This document shows positions 10,758 through 21,896 of a DNA stretch of 64,000 bases, piece by piece. How positions within the stretch are numbered: position 1 is the first letter of the stretch; the number at the start of each line of letters is the position of its first letter. Below the pieces are notes generated by a model. That model worked only from the letters and a program-made list of their open reading frames with translations, had not been told where the DNA came from and made no database searches. Location: contig JBFWVL010000001.1 of assembly GCA_050246755.1 (NCBI GenBank), positions 64,001 through 128,000 of the forward strand, written 5' to 3'. The position numbers and the translations under genes were made by a program. Origin of the DNA: Bacteriovoracia bacterium. GTDB taxonomy: Bacteria; Bdellovibrionota; UBA1018; CAIPTA01.

Positions 10758-12191
10758 CTACCCGACCGTGCCCTCTAATTTCATATCCAGCAACCGGTTC
10801 GCCTCAATCGCGAACTCCATCGGCAGCTGCTTGAACACTTCCTCGCAGTAGCCGTTGATGATGAGTTTTACCGCATTCTCCTGCGTGAAACCGCGCGCCT
10901 GGAGGTAAAATAGCTGGTCCTCGGAAACCCTCGAGGCCGTGGCCTCATGCTCCACCACCGCGGAGGGATTTTTCACCGTGATATAGGGAAAAGTATTCGC
11001 CTCGCACTGGTCGCCGATGAGCAGGGAATCGCACTGGGTATGATTCCTCGCGCCCTCCGCGCCCGGCAGGATCGTAACGGCGCCGCGGTAGGTATTCATA
11101 CCGTGCCCAGCAGAGATGCCTTTGGAAAGAATGCGGGAGCGCGTGTTCTTGCCGATATGGATCATCTTGGTACCGGTATCGGCCTGCATATAATTATTCG
11201 TGATGGCCACGGAGAAGAACTCACCGGTGGAGCCATCGCCCTGGAGAATGCAGGAGGGATATTTCCAGGTGATCGCCGAGCCGGTTTCTACTTGGGTCCA
11301 GGAGATATAGGAATTCTCGCCCTTGCAGAGGCCGCGTTTGGTTACAAAATTATAGATTCCGCCCTTGCCTTCCGCGTCGCCGGCGTACCAGTTCTGCACG
11401 GTGGTATATTTAATTTTGGCGTCTTTCAGCGCGATTAGTTCCACGATCGCGGCGTGGAGCTGGTTCTCGTCGCGCTGGGGAGCCGTGCAGCCTTCCATAT
11501 AGGAAACTTCGGCGCCTTCGTCGGCGATGATGAGCGTGCGCTCGAACTGGCCGGTGCCGGAGGCGTTGATGCGGAAGTAAGTGGAGAGATCCATCGGGCA
11601 CTTTACGCCCTTGGGGATATACACGAAGGAACCGTCGGTGAAGACCGCGGAGTTCAGGGCCGCGAAGAAGTTGTCGGACACTGGGACCACGGTGCCGAGG
11701 TATTGGCGCACCAGTTCCGGACACTCGTGCATGGCTTCCGAGATGGAGCAGAAAATAATCCCGAGTTTCTTCAAAGCTTCGCGATGGGTGGTCACTACCG
11801 ATACGGAATCGAATACGGCATCCACGGCCACGCCGGCCAGGCGCTTTTGCTCGTGGAGAGGGATGCCGAGTTTTTCGTAAGCTTCGAGGAGCTGAGGGTC
11901 CACCTCGTCGAGGGATTTGAGATTCGGTTTCTTCTTGGGCGCCGAATAGTAAATGATCGACTGGTAATCCACGGGCGTATACTTCAGGTAAGCCCACTGG
12001 GGCTCGCTCATCTTTTGCCACTTGGCAAAAGCGGCGAGGCGCCAGTCCGTCATCCAGGAAGGCTCGTTCTTCTTCGCGGAGATGAAACGGATGATATCTT
12101 CGTTCACGCCGGCGGGCGCCTGGTCGGACTCAATATCGGTGGTGAAACCGTATTTGTATTCCTCGTTCAGTCTTTTATCTAATTCGCTCAT
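10758..12191 (-). CDS. sufB: Fe-S cluster assembly protein SufB
   Basis: [20 protein letters not shown]...[20 protein letters not shown] and [13 protein letters not shown]. Confidence 0.98.
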   Translation of the reverse strand: MSELDKRLNEEYKYGFTTDIESDQAPAGVNEDIIRFISAKKNEPSWMTDWRLAAFAKWQKMSEPQWAYLKYTPVDYQSIIYYSAPKKKPNLKSLDEVDPQLLEAYEKLGIPLHEQKRLAGVAVDAVFDSVSVVTTHREALKKLGIIFCSISEAMHECPELVRQYLGTVVPVSDNFFAALNSAVFTDGSFVYIPKGVKCPMDLSTYFRINASGTGQFERTLIIADEGAEVSYMEGCTAPQRDENQLHAAIVELIALKDAKIKYTTVQNWYAGDAEGKGGIYNFVTKRGLCKGENSYISWTQVETGSAITWKYPSCILQGDGSTGEFFSVAITNNYMQADTGTKMIHIGKNTRSRILSKGISAGHGMNTYRGAVTILPGAEGARNHTQCDSLLIGDQCEANTFPYITVKNPSAVVEHEATASRVSEDQLFYLQARGFTQENAVKLIINGYCEEVFKQLPMEFAIEANRLLDMKLEGTVG

Positions 12192-12511
12192 CACCAGATT
12201 CCTAATTTATCTTTTACTTCGTCCGAAGCCATCACGCGGGGATCCCACTTGGGATCGAACACGATCTGCACGTCGGCTTCCGTCACGCCCGGATATTCCT
12301 TTAGGCGATTCTTGATTTGATCCACGAGGTAGCCCGCCGAAGGGCAACCAGGAGAGGTAAGGGTCATTTTCACGTGGGCAGTAGAGCCCTCGACAGAAAC
12401 AGTATAGATGAGGCCCAAATCCACGAGGCTCAGGAATAATTCAGGATCCTGCACGGGACGCAGCCATTCGAGTAAAATAGTGGAATCGGCCGAGGGAAGG
12501 GTCTCGCTCAC
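12191..12511 (-). CDS. sufT: DUF59 metal-sulfur cluster assembly factor (SufT-like)
   Basis: [22 protein letters not shown] and FDPKW; GTG start overlaps the sufU stop. Confidence 0.88.
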   Translation of the reverse strand: MSETLPSADSTILLEWLRPVQDPELFLSLVDLGLIYTVSVEGSTAHVKMTLTSPGCPSAGYLVDQIKNRLKEYPGVTEADVQIVFDPKWDPRVMASDEVKDKLGIW

Positions 12512-12963
12512 TGAGCACCTCCGATTTGATTGATGGCGTCGTTCAGGGTGGTCCAGGGCAAGAGCGCGCATTTGATACGCACGGGGAAATTGCGGACACC
12601 CACGAGGCTCTCGAGGTCGCCTTCTACGGCGAGAGGGCACTCCTCCCCTTTCATCAGGGCGCGGAATCCCGCGATGGTTTTGGAAACCTCGGCCACGGGC
12701 TTGCCGATGAGCTCTTCGGTCATCATCGAGGCCGAAGCCATGCAAATGGAGCAACCTTCGCCGCGAAAACGACAATCAGCCATTACTTTTCCGTCATTAA
12801 TCAAAACGTCGATTTCCACGCGGTCTCCGCAGAGGGGATTATACCCTTCCGAATGCGAGGTGGGACCTTCCAGTTTGCCCTGGTTGCGGGGATGTCGGTG
12901 GTGATCGAGGATCACTTCACGGTAGAGGGCGTCGATGCCGCCGGCGCTTCGGTCCATACTCAT
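12508..12963 (-). CDS. sufU: SUF system NifU-family protein SufU
   Basis: LYREVILDH..HPRN, NPLCGD, GCSICMASASMM and RIKCALLPW. Confidence 0.95.
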   Translation of the reverse strand: MSMDRSAGGIDALYREVILDHHRHPRNQGKLEGPTSHSEGYNPLCGDRVEIDVLINDGKVMADCRFRGEGCSICMASASMMTEELIGKPVAEVSKTIAGFRALMKGEECPLAVEGDLESLVGVRNFPVRIKCALLPWTTLNDAINQIGGAQ

Positions 12964-14201
12964 CCGAAGTACTCCATAGCGGATTGCACCACTTCTGCGA
13001 GGCGATTCACTTCTTCCTTCGTATTGTAAAAATAGAAACTGGCGCGGTTGGTAGCGATCACGCCGAGCTTGCGCATGAGGGGCTGGGCGCAGTGGTGTCC
13101 GGCGCGGATCGCGATCCCTTCCGCGTCGAGGAAGGTGGCGAGATCGTGGGGATGCACAGTGCCGGTGGTGAAGCTCACGGCGCCGCCGTGGAGGCGAGCG
13201 TCGGCGGGGGCGAGCACCGAAATACCTTTGATCGCGAGCAGCTTTTCTTTGCAGTGGGCCACGAGGGAAGCTTCGTACTCGTGGATCCGGTCCATGCCGA
13301 TCGCGGCCAAATAATCGAGTGCGGTGCCGAAGGCGATGCTGTCGCCGTAGTTGGGCGTGCCGGCTTCGAACTTCCAGGGAAGCTCGTTCCAGGTAGTGGC
13401 CTCATCTCCCACGCGCAGAATCATATCGCCGCCGAACTGGTAAGGGGGCATCGCCTCGAGAATTTTTCGTTTCCCCCAGAGCACGCCGATCCCCGTGGGG
13501 CCGCACATTTTATGGGACGAGAAGGCCACGAAATCCACGTTGGGCCAATTCTTCAAATTGATATCCGAATGAGCCATCGCCTGGGCGGCGTCTACGAGCA
13601 CGGTGACGTCGTATTTTTTGGCGAGCGCGGAAATCTCGGTCACGGGATTGATGGTGCCGAGCACGTTACTCATGCCGGTGAAAGCGAGGAGTTTTACTTT
13701 TCCTTGGCTAAGGATTTTTTCCAGCTCCTCGAGGTGGAGGACGAAATCGCCCGCCACTTCCCAGATCACGAACTCGGCGCCCTTCTCTTTGCACAGGGAT
13801 TGCCAGGGCACGAAGTTCGAATGGTGCTCCATGCGCGTGACCACCACGCGATCGCCGGCCTGGATATTAGCGCGCCCCCAGGTGGCGGCCACGAGGTTGA
13901 TCGCCTCGGTGGTGCCGCGGGTAAAAATAATCTCGCCCTCGTCTTTGGTGCCGAGGTGGCGCGCGATCTTGCGGCGGGATTTCTCGTAGGCGTCGGTGGA
14001 TTCCTGGCTGAGGAAATGCACTCCACGGTGCACGTTCGCATTCAATTCTTTATAAACACGCGATTGCTCTTCGATCACGGCGAGCGGCTTCTGGGTGGTG
14101 GCCGCCGAATCCAGGTAAATGAGCGGCTTGCCCCGCACCTGGCGGGAGAGAATGGGGAAATCGGCGCGAAGTTTCAGCACTTCGGCGGGAGTCAGAGTCA
14201 T
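12960..14201 (-). CDS. sufS: Cysteine desulfurase SufS
   Basis: YLDSAATTQKP, SSHKMCGPTG (PLP Lys), FEAGTP and RAGHHCAQP. Confidence 0.97.
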   Translation of the reverse strand: MTLTPAEVLKLRADFPILSRQVRGKPLIYLDSAATTQKPLAVIEEQSRVYKELNANVHRGVHFLSQESTDAYEKSRRKIARHLGTKDEGEIIFTRGTTEAINLVAATWGRANIQAGDRVVVTRMEHHSNFVPWQSLCKEKGAEFVIWEVAGDFVLHLEELEKILSQGKVKLLAFTGMSNVLGTINPVTEISALAKKYDVTVLVDAAQAMAHSDINLKNWPNVDFVAFSSHKMCGPTGIGVLWGKRKILEAMPPYQFGGDMILRVGDEATTWNELPWKFEAGTPNYGDSIAFGTALDYLAAIGMDRIHEYEASLVAHCKEKLLAIKGISVLAPADARLHGGAVSFTTGTVHPHDLATFLDAEGIAIRAGHHCAQPLMRKLGVIATNRASFYFYNTKEEVNRLAEVVQSAMEYFG

Positions 14202-15409
14202 TGCAGTAGTCCCCTCTCTTTGGCGTCGAGCTCGGCGGAGGCGCGGGAATGGAAGCTCTCTCCCGGAATGCGGTCCAGCACGTGTTCGGCAAAACCACGG
14301 ATGATCATGCGCTCGGCTTCCCGCTTCGAAATGCCGCGGCTCTGGAGGTAGTGCACCTGCTCAGGGTTCACGCTCGAGATGCTCGCGCCGTGGCTGCATT
14401 TTACGGCGTCGTTTTGGATGATCAGTTTCGGAATACTATTCACGGTGGCTTTATTGCCGATCAAGAGGCTCTTCGACTTCTGGTTAGCCACGCAGTCGGT
14501 GGATTTGGGCGCGATCTGGATCAGGCCATTGAAGACGGCACGGGCCCGCTCGTTCATCACGAACCAGTAATTCATTTCGCTCAGCGTCTTGGGCGCTTTA
14601 TGGTTCATATCGAGCCAAAAATCGAAATGCTGATCACGCATTCCGTAGGAAGCGGCTTCGATATGGCATAGCGATCCCTCGCCGAGCAGATCCACTTGCT
14701 GGCGCAGCTGAGCTTTACGCCCGCCGAAATGCAGGGAAGTGATTTTCAGCTCGGCCCCCTCGCCGAGCTCGGCACGCTGGCGCAGCATCGCCTGGGTAGC
14801 CGAGCCGAAGCGCTGCAGGGTAACCAAGTGCAGCTTGGCATCCTTCGCCAAGCGCAGCTCGAGCATCTCGCCCACGAATATATCTTTTTCCCCGCTCCAG
14901 CTCTCGAGAAAGAGCACCGCTTCGGCGCCCTCTTCGAGCAGCACGAGGTGGCGGGAATGAAACTCGTTTTCGCTGGGAGAAGAAGCGATCCGCACCGGCT
15001 GCGTGAGCTTTACCCCCGCCGAAACGTGGAGGAAAGCGCCATTTTTCCAGCGCGCCGCCGTGAGCTGGGCGAACTTATCGTCGCGAAAAGAAGTGGAATC
15101 GCGAAAGGCCTGGCGCACGGCTTGGTTTCCGCCCACTGCGAGGTGTTCGAGATCGTCGAATACCACGCCCGTAACTTTCCCTGAAAGCGTGGCTTCCTCG
15201 CCGATGAAACTCAGGAGCGCGGATTCATCGGCCTGCAGCTGGCTTAGCTCCACCGGCACGGCAATATCGCTGAGGGCTTCGGCCTTTCCGCCAAAATTCA
15301 TCTCGCTCAGCGAAGTATTCCGAAAATTTTCATCCTTCAAGCTAGGCGTGGGTAGCGAGCGAAAACGCTCTTCGGCCTGATTGCGGGATATTTCTAGCCA
15401 GTCGCTCAC
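14198..15409 (-). CDS. sufD: Fe-S cluster assembly protein SufD
   Basis: AVFNG.I, P.L.I.ND.VKCSHGA and YLQSRGI; GTG start overlaps the sufC stop. Confidence 0.92.
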   Translation of the reverse strand: MSDWLEISRNQAEERFRSLPTPSLKDENFRNTSLSEMNFGGKAEALSDIAVPVELSQLQADESALLSFIGEEATLSGKVTGVVFDDLEHLAVGGNQAVRQAFRDSTSFRDDKFAQLTAARWKNGAFLHVSAGVKLTQPVRIASSPSENEFHSRHLVLLEEGAEAVLFLESWSGEKDIFVGEMLELRLAKDAKLHLVTLQRFGSATQAMLRQRAELGEGAELKITSLHFGGRKAQLRQQVDLLGEGSLCHIEAASYGMRDQHFDFWLDMNHKAPKTLSEMNYWFVMNERARAVFNGLIQIAPKSTDCVANQKSKSLLIGNKATVNSIPKLIIQNDAVKCSHGASISSVNPEQVHYLQSRGISKREAERMIIRGFAEHVLDRIPGESFHSRASAELDAKERGLLQ

Positions 15410-16173
15410 AATTCTCCCTGGGCCACGGCGGCCTTGTCGCCCTCGAGCCATTCGTAGCCTTTTTCCTCGAGCTCCAGCGCCAACGAAGCTCCGCCGCTTT
15501 TTACGATCCGCCCCTGCAGGAACACATGCACCTGATCGGGTTTTACGTAGGTGAGCATGCGCTGGTAGTGCGTGATCAGCAGAATGCCCTTTTCTCCTCC
15601 GCGGAGCGAATCGATGCTTTCGGAAACGCGGCGGAGCGAATCGATGTCCAGGCCCGAATCGGTTTCGTCGAGCACCATTAATTTCGGATCAAGCAGGCGA
15701 AGCTGAAGGGTTTCGAGACGTTTCTTCTCGCCGCCCGAAAAACCTTCGTTGAGGAATCTCACCATGAAGGAATCGGGAATATCGAGCTTCGCCATTTCTT
15801 CCTTGATCAGCTTGCGCACATTGCGCGGCTCGATCTCGCCTTCGCGCACCGAAAGAATCGCCGAGCGCAGGAACTGCGCCACCGTAACGCCGGGCACGGC
15901 CACGGGATACTGGAACGCGAGGAAGATGCGCTTACGGGCGCGCTCGTCGGGCGAAAGGCCGAGAATACTCTCGCCGTGAAGCAAGATATCGCCCTTGGTT
16001 ACTTTATATTTCGGGTGGCCCATCAAGGTATTCGAGAGAGTGGTTTTTCCTGAGCCGTTCTTGCCCATGATGGCGTGCACTTCGCCGTCGTTGATCTTGA
16101 GGGAAACGCCTTTGAGCACTTCCTTGCCTTCCACTTCCACGTGGAGATCGCGAATTTCTAAAAGTGTTTTCAT
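15406..16173 (-). CDS. sufC: Fe-S cluster assembly ATPase SufC
   Basis: [37 protein letters not shown] and ITHYQR. Confidence 0.97.
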   Translation of the reverse strand: MKTLLEIRDLHVEVEGKEVLKGVSLKINDGEVHAIMGKNGSGKTTLSNTLMGHPKYKVTKGDILLHGESILGLSPDERARKRIFLAFQYPVAVPGVTVAQFLRSAILSVREGEIEPRNVRKLIKEEMAKLDIPDSFMVRFLNEGFSGGEKKRLETLQLRLLDPKLMVLDETDSGLDIDSLRRVSESIDSLRGGEKGILLITHYQRMLTYVKPDQVHVFLQGRIVKSGGASLALELEEKGYEWLEGDKAAVAQGEL

Positions 16174-16688
16174 TCCATTCTCCCGATCAAATCGCCAACT
16201 TTGGGCTGCCTTACTAATCTATTGCTGATGCGCTCGGCTTCGGAGCGCGCAAATTCGTCCACGCGGCGGCGCGATTCTTCCTCGGTTCGAGTAAGATCGG
16301 CGAGCGTGAGTTTTTCCAAAACGGTATCGAAATAAGAAAAGAGCACGTCCCACACCGGGCGCACGCTACAAGCCTTCAAGTGCACGCATTCCAGCTGCAG
16401 ACCCTTATGCTGATTGCAAAAATCGCTGCGCTCTTCGCGGAGCGCGCTGAACACCAGCTTCACGCTGATCTCCCCGGCGGGTTTTACCAGGCGAAATCCC
16501 CCCTGCATTCCGCGGGAAGCCTGTACCAGGCCGGCGCGGCGGAACAAATGCATGATCTTGCTCGCGTACTGAACGGAGATCCCTTCCCGCTCGGCAATAT
16601 GGGACGCTGCTAAGAGAGCGCCCTCCGGTAAGGAGGCCAATTGAAGGGCGCAGCGAAGCCCGTATTCTTCCACGGCGGAGATGTGCAT
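16170..16688 (-). CDS. Rrf2 family regulator of the suf operon (three C-terminal Cys, probable Fe-S ligands)
   Basis: [18 protein letters not shown] and C-x9-C-x5-C..W; first gene of the operon. Confidence 0.92.
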   Translation of the reverse strand: MHISAVEEYGLRCALQLASLPEGALLAASHIAEREGISVQYASKIMHLFRRAGLVQASRGMQGGFRLVKPAGEISVKLVFSALREERSDFCNQHKGLQLECVHLKACSVRPVWDVLFSYFDTVLEKLTLADLTRTEEESRRRVDEFARSEAERISNRLVRQPKVGDLIGRME

Positions 16689-16721
16689 GAAATTCTTGTA
16701 CTCTTCGCTAAGGCCAAAATC

Positions 16722-16737
16722 AATACAAAGATGTATT
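16722..16737. promoter_or_regulatory. Palindromic operator candidate upstream of the Rrf2-suf operon
   Basis: AATACA-aaga-TGTATT inverted repeat in the divergent rrf2/pdxH gap. Confidence 0.45.
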
Positions 16738-16787
16738 AATTGCGCTTGCGGCCAAAGGTGTATAGTGGATATAAATGATCGTAATCT

Positions 16788-17399
16788 TTGAAGAATAGGA
16801 AAAACATGGAAGTCTCCGATCTAGGAAACGATCCCTTTATCGCTTTCGCGCAATGGATGAAGGACGCCCGCACCAAAGGCCAACTGGAAAATCCCAACGC
16901 CATGGCTTTATCCACGGTGAATGCCGAGGGCAAGCCCTCGGTGCGCATGGTATTGCTAAAAGATTTTTCGGCCCAAGGATTCGTATTCTTCACCAACTTC
17001 GATAGCCGTAAAGGACAGGAGCTAGCCCAAAATGCGAACGTGGCTCTTTGCTTCTACTGGGACAAACTCCGCCGCCAAGTGCGTATCGAAGGCCGCGCCG
17101 AGAAGCTCCCCCGCAATCAATCGGAAGTGTATTTCCACTCCCGCCCCCGCGAGAGCCAGTGCGGGGCCTGGGCTTCGCCCCAAAGCGAAGTGATTCAGTC
17201 CCGTGCGCAGCTCGAAGAAGCGGCCCGGCTTATTTCCGAAAAATACGACGAGGAAATCCCCATGCCTCCGAATTGGGGCGGTTTTTGCGTAAAAGCCGAA
17301 GTAATGGAATTCTGGCAGCAAAATTCGGGAAGGCTTCACGATCGAATTCGCTTTAAGCGAGCGCAAACCGCCTGGCAAATAGACCGCCTCGCGCCCTAA
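16788..17399 (+). CDS. pdxH: Pyridoxine/pyridoxamine 5'-phosphate oxidase (start may be ATG 16806)
   Basis: PNAMALST, RMVLLK, FFTN..SRKG, RQVRIEG, YFHSRP, EFWQ...RLHDR and RLAP. Confidence 0.96.
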   Translation: MKNRKNMEVSDLGNDPFIAFAQWMKDARTKGQLENPNAMALSTVNAEGKPSVRMVLLKDFSAQGFVFFTNFDSRKGQELAQNANVALCFYWDKLRRQVRIEGRAEKLPRNQSEVYFHSRPRESQCGAWASPQSEVIQSRAQLEEAARLISEKYDEEIPMPPNWGGFCVKAEVMEFWQQNSGRLHDRIRFKRAQTAWQIDRLAP

Positions 17400-17439
17400 T
17401 TGCTAGAATTTCCCCGGAAAATTTGCGACTATTCGGCGC

Positions 17440-18726
17440 ATGGTGGCAAAACTATTAGTACTAGCGGCTTGCCTCGCGTTTTCTCCCGCGCAAGCTCAGG
17501 CGAAAAAATTAGCTCCGGCCACTTGGCTCGAAAGCGAAGTGCCGTTTGCGATCAGCAAAATTTTTTTCCATAGCGCGCAGCCCGGAATGCCGGTGGGGTC
17601 CGTGATCGCCTCCCCTTCTCGCTCCGATCCCGACTATTATTTCCACTGGGTACGCGATGCCGCGCTCACGATGGAAACCTTCGTTACGCTCTATATCCAG
17701 GAAAAAAGCCCATCGCAAAGAGCCGCTTACCTTAACCGTCTCCTCGCCTACGCCGATTTTTCCGTGGCTAACCAAAAAGCCCATACGCTCACTGGCCTCG
17801 GGGAACCAAAATTCCACGTAGAAGGAACGCCCTTCACCGGCCCCTGGGGGCGCCCGCAAAACGACGGCCCCGCCCTGCGCGCGATCGTGTTCGTTCGCCT
17901 CGCGGAACAGTTGCTGGCCGAGGGCCGTGGCGAGCTCGTGAAGCGTGCCTTCTATGACGGAACACCCAGCTCTCTCGTGAAAACCGACCTCGAATACGTT
18001 TCGCACCATTGGCGCGATGCCAGCTTCGATCTCTGGGAAGAAGTGCTTGGCGACCATTTCTACACGCGCATGGTGCAGCGGCGCGCCCTCCTGCTCGGCG
18101 CTCGCCTCGCCCATACGTTGAACGACGAAGGCGCCGCCAGCTGGTATTTGCTGCAAGCGAGAGCGATCGAAAAGGAAATGGAAAAATTTTGGGACCCCTC
18201 GCGCGGCTACGTAAAGGCCACGCTTACCCAGCGCGCCGGGCTCTCCTACAAAAACTCCAATCTCGACGCGGCGGTGGTCCTCGCCGCACTTCACGGCGGA
18301 ATGAACGACGGCTTTTTCGATCTGCAAGACGAGCGAATCCAGAAAACGATCTCGCACCTCGTGGAAGCCTTTCGCGGCATCTACCCCATCAATAACCGCG
18401 GCCTTCCCGGAGTGGCCATCGGGCGCTACCCGGAAGACCTTTACGGCGGATCTCATTTTAACGGCGGAAATCCCTGGGTGCTTACCACCCTCGCCGTGGC
18501 GGAAGCCATCTACCGCACGGCAAAGTCGCCGGCCGAGATGGAGGTGGGCGATTCTTTCGTGGCGCGGGTGGCGTACCACGCCAACGGCGATGGCACTCTC
18601 TCCGAGCAAATGCACAAAGATTCAGGGTATATGTGCTCGGCGGAAAATCTTACGTGGAACTATAGCGCCGTGCTGAGCGTCTGGCAGGCCCGCAGAGCCG
18701 CCATCCAGAAAAAATCAACGCGCTAA
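17440..18726 (+). CDS. Secreted glucoamylase (GH15)
   Basis: Signal peptide; ASPS..PDYY.HWVRDAAL, GLGEPKF..WGRPQNDGPALRA, FDLWEE, GRYPED, GNPW and LSEQ..LTW. Confidence 0.93.
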   Translation: MVAKLLVLAACLAFSPAQAQAKKLAPATWLESEVPFAISKIFFHSAQPGMPVGSVIASPSRSDPDYYFHWVRDAALTMETFVTLYIQEKSPSQRAAYLNRLLAYADFSVANQKAHTLTGLGEPKFHVEGTPFTGPWGRPQNDGPALRAIVFVRLAEQLLAEGRGELVKRAFYDGTPSSLVKTDLEYVSHHWRDASFDLWEEVLGDHFYTRMVQRRALLLGARLAHTLNDEGAASWYLLQARAIEKEMEKFWDPSRGYVKATLTQRAGLSYKNSNLDAAVVLAALHGGMNDGFFDLQDERIQKTISHLVEAFRGIYPINNRGLPGVAIGRYPEDLYGGSHFNGGNPWVLTTLAVAEAIYRTAKSPAEMEVGDSFVARVAYHANGDGTLSEQMHKDSGYMCSAENLTWNYSAVLSVWQARRAAIQKKSTR

Positions 18727-19866
18727 GCGCAGCACGTTTTTCCCGAGCTCGAGCAAAAGAATAGAACAGTCCTGGGGCGGCATTGGTAGATCGCCATCGT
18801 CGTCGGCTTCCCCCTGCTCTTTGGCCACGTTTCGGCGCAGCCGAAAAGACAACTCGTTGATAAGGTCATGGGCCTCACGATCCTCGCCCAGAATTCCCTC
18901 GAGCAAATTCGGCTGCTGCTCTCCCACGGCTTCACTCCAGCCGTCCGATGCGATTAAGAGACGGTCTCCCGGCTCGAGCATCAGCTCGCGCGTTGCCGGA
19001 ACCTCGCCCTTATCCTTGGTGAGCGGAGCCCGATCGCCCTTGGTTCCCCAGGCGAGAGCGCCGGTTGCTTTTTTCTGGAGCGCGAATACGCTGCCGCAGT
19101 CGACATAGCGCAGGCGATAGGTTTTGCGGTCGAGGATTCCGTAGAAAATCGAGAGGCGGTCTTTTTCCTTCATTCCATCGCGCAGCTTGGTGAGCAGGCT
19201 GCGCACGATCAGTGAGGGATCCTCGAGCTCGGCGGCGGCGAAGTTCACCGAGAACTGCATGAGAGCGCCGAGCAGGCTCGAGGATAGGGAATAGCTCGAG
19301 CAATCCGTGAGCAGAATTCCCACGTGCAGGCCGTCGGGAAACTCGAAAACGTCGAAATAATCGCCCCCTGATTTCAGCCCGCAGAGGTACTTGCTTTTGA
19401 TGGAGAGGCCGCCGATGGGCGGAAACTTATCGCGGATCAGGCGCCGCTGGATTTTTTCGGCGAGGGTGATGTCTTCCTGGAGCTGCTTCACTAATTTCGG
19501 AATAGCTTGGCTGGACTCTTCCGCGTCGCGCAGGGCTTGCAGCAGCTCGTGCATGCGCACGATGCGCCCGAGGTCGAGAGGACGAAGCGGCAGTAGAAGC
19601 AGATCGTCGGCAATTCCCTCTTCGTAGCTCATCGGGAGGGCGTCTTTTTCCGCGCAGAAAGTCACGAAGGTGGCGTGCGCGGATGAATCGCGCTTGTCGC
19701 CGAGAGCGCGCATGGATGCATCGTCGAGAATGAAAATATCGGCTTCACCGAGGTGACGGGGCAAATCGGCGGATTTTACGTGAACGCATTTCACGTCGGG
19801 CAGGCTGGCCTTCAGCTCTTGGAGCAGGCTTTCGTTGGTGGTGCAGATACGCATTGGCTTCTCCAT
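18715..19866 (-). CDS. SpoIIE/PP2C family phosphatase with degenerate receiver-like N-terminus
   Basis: Coiled coil ending LAEKIQRRL; SGGDYFD, L.PGDRLLIASDG and QDCS. Confidence 0.85.
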   Translation of the reverse strand: MEKPMRICTTNESLLQELKASLPDVKCVHVKSADLPRHLGEADIFILDDASMRALGDKRDSSAHATFVTFCAEKDALPMSYEEGIADDLLLLPLRPLDLGRIVRMHELLQALRDAEESSQAIPKLVKQLQEDITLAEKIQRRLIRDKFPPIGGLSIKSKYLCGLKSGGDYFDVFEFPDGLHVGILLTDCSSYSLSSSLLGALMQFSVNFAAAELEDPSLIVRSLLTKLRDGMKEKDRLSIFYGILDRKTYRLRYVDCGSVFALQKKATGALAWGTKGDRAPLTKDKGEVPATRELMLEPGDRLLIASDGWSEAVGEQQPNLLEGILGEDREAHDLINELSFRLRRNVAKEQGEADDDGDLPMPPQDCSILLLELGKNVLRLAR

Positions 19867-20957
19867 TAAAACTTCACGGCGAACCGCATGGAAATCCGCC
19901 GGTCTTGGATTTCCTGAAAGTTGCGTGCATCTAATTCTTCCCCATAAGTACCAAGATCGAAAGTGCCGAATTTCGACGCTAAGCCCAATCCCGCCGTGAG
20001 GTAGCCCTGGCTGAAACCGAAGCGGAAGAAAAAAGATTTCCCGTACCCGATTTCGGTACCTAGATTCAGGTGCCGCAGGGAATTCACCTTAGAAACATTG
20101 AGCAGATCGCGGTAGTCGGCGGCGATCGTGAGCGAATTGCGCTGCCCCAATTTCGGGAAGAACGCGATCCCACCGTCGTATTTCATTTTTATTTTTTCGT
20201 GCGCCGTAGCGGTTCCTTCGCCGCGCGGGTAAGGCGCCGAGCCGGTGAAAGAAGTATCTCCCAAGTTACGCGCCACGAATCCTAAGGTGGGCAAGCCGGC
20301 CCACGGCAGGCTCAGCATGGCGCCCGCGTCGAGCCCGAGGCCGAACCCCTCCTGCGGATCTTTTTTGTAACCGAGATCAGGAGCATCGGCATCGGTCACT
20401 TTATCATTGGAGGTGATCTGAATCGCCCGCGCGGCGGCGCCGATGCGCAAGCGGTTTCCGAGAAGGTTCATCGAAATTCCCATGGAAGGAATCATCAAGT
20501 AGCGGGAATGATACTCGAGCTTATCCTGGGAATTGATATACGAAACCGCCTGCTCCTTCCACGCGATACCGAAGCCGAAATTCTGCGCCGAAAGATTGGG
20601 ATAGAGGGAGTAGCCGGCATAGGAAGCCTTATGCGGATGCTCGCGCAGCACCGGCTGAATCGAGGAGAGCGCCAAATTCTTCGAATATCCGCCGGCATTT
20701 CCTCCCAGCGAGAAAAAACCGGTGCCGAACTCGATCTGGGGGTTGAAAATCTCGAGGGATGCTTTTTTATTCCGGGAGAGCGCCGCCGGATTATAGAACA
20801 TGGTGGTGATGCTGTCTTCGGCGCTGGCGATGCCTACGTTTCCCATCGATAGGGCACGGGTGCTGGATAACCATTCATTATTTACTTGGTCCGCCAGCGC
20901 GAAGGGCGCCTGCAAAAGCAGCAGCCCCCAGATCAGGCGAAAAAGACATCCATCCAT
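19866..20957 (-). CDS. Outer-membrane beta-barrel protein (TraF/PorV-like)
   Basis: Signal peptide after AAGGAG; RALSMGN..A...FYNPAAL; amphipathic strands; terminal Phe. Confidence 0.7.
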   Translation of the reverse strand: MDGCLFRLIWGLLLLQAPFALADQVNNEWLSSTRALSMGNVGIASAEDSITTMFYNPAALSRNKKASLEIFNPQIEFGTGFFSLGGNAGGYSKNLALSSIQPVLREHPHKASYAGYSLYPNLSAQNFGFGIAWKEQAVSYINSQDKLEYHSRYLMIPSMGISMNLLGNRLRIGAAARAIQITSNDKVTDADAPDLGYKKDPQEGFGLGLDAGAMLSLPWAGLPTLGFVARNLGDTSFTGSAPYPRGEGTATAHEKIKMKYDGGIAFFPKLGQRNSLTIAADYRDLLNVSKVNSLRHLNLGTEIGYGKSFFFRFGFSQGYLTAGLGLASKFGTFDLGTYGEELDARNFQEIQDRRISMRFAVKF

Positions 20958-21149
20958 GGCTATCTCTCCTCTTATTAATTGTCGCGCATTTCTCCGCGTT
21001 TGAATAGCGCCGGACTCTCTCCTCCGAGCGAATCGCTTTATTTTTATTCCAGTAATTTCAAGCACTTATATCGATGCGCCGAATCCATTTAAATCTATAG
21101 GCCCCTCCTCCTTACGCCGATAAAGATCCAGGAGACACGATTGAAAAAA

Positions 21150-21839
21150 ATGGCCAAAAAGCGCAAACAAAAACAAGCAGATAACCTGCTCGTGCTGCCC
21201 ACTTCCCGCTTCGCGGAAGAAGTGTATCCCGACGTTTTGATCGAAGCACTTCGCTCGATCGTCTCCTCCCTCGAAGAAAAGGACTCCTACACGCACGGCC
21301 ATTCGTTCCGCGTGGCCGAATACGCCGTGCTCCTCGGTGAAGAAATCGGCCTCACTGAAGTTCAGCTCCGGGAAGCCGAGCTCTCGGCCCTGCTCCACGA
21401 CGTGGGAAAGATCGGGATTCCCGACAGTATTCTCCTGAAGCCAGGGCGCCTCACCCCCGCTGAATTCGAAATCATGAAGAGCCACCCCGTGCGCAGCGGG
21501 AAGATCCTCGAGAAAATTAGCGCCCTGAGCAACCTGATTCCGGGTATCGTGCACCACCATGAGCGCTTCGACGGCCTTGGGTACCCTAGCGGACTCAAGG
21601 GAGACGATATCCCGCTCTACGGGCGAATCATCCTCATCGCCGATACCTACGATGCCATGACGTCTACGCGCCCTTACCGTTTGGCGTTAAATAAGGAAAT
21701 TGCGTTCGAGGAATTGGTACGTTGCTCCGGCAGCCAGTTCGATCCTTACCTCGTGGAATGTTTTATTCGCGTGATCCGCCGCCTCGACCAAGGCGACGCG
21801 CGCCGGGAACGCGACAGTATCGTGAAAAAAATCGCCTGA
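21150..21839 (+). CDS. Stand-alone HD-GYP cyclic-dinucleotide phosphodiesterase
   Basis: KDSYTHGHS.RV, LLHDVGKIG, HHERFDGLGYPSGLKG and ADTYDAMTS.RPY. Confidence 0.93.
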   Translation: MAKKRKQKQADNLLVLPTSRFAEEVYPDVLIEALRSIVSSLEEKDSYTHGHSFRVAEYAVLLGEEIGLTEVQLREAELSALLHDVGKIGIPDSILLKPGRLTPAEFEIMKSHPVRSGKILEKISALSNLIPGIVHHHERFDGLGYPSGLKGDDIPLYGRIILIADTYDAMTSTRPYRLALNKEIAFEELVRCSGSQFDPYLVECFIRVIRRLDQGDARRERDSIVKKIA

Positions 21840-21896
21840 ATTCAAGCGCATGCTTGAAGCCAGCCCCGCTTCGCTTCTATAATCTAAATAAGAAAA

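Noticed and set aside
12984-14351. 455-aa + strand ORF opposite sufS; likewise 17509-18615, 48747-50381, 51418-52728 and 61684-62664
   Set aside because: They are antisense shadows of well-supported genes
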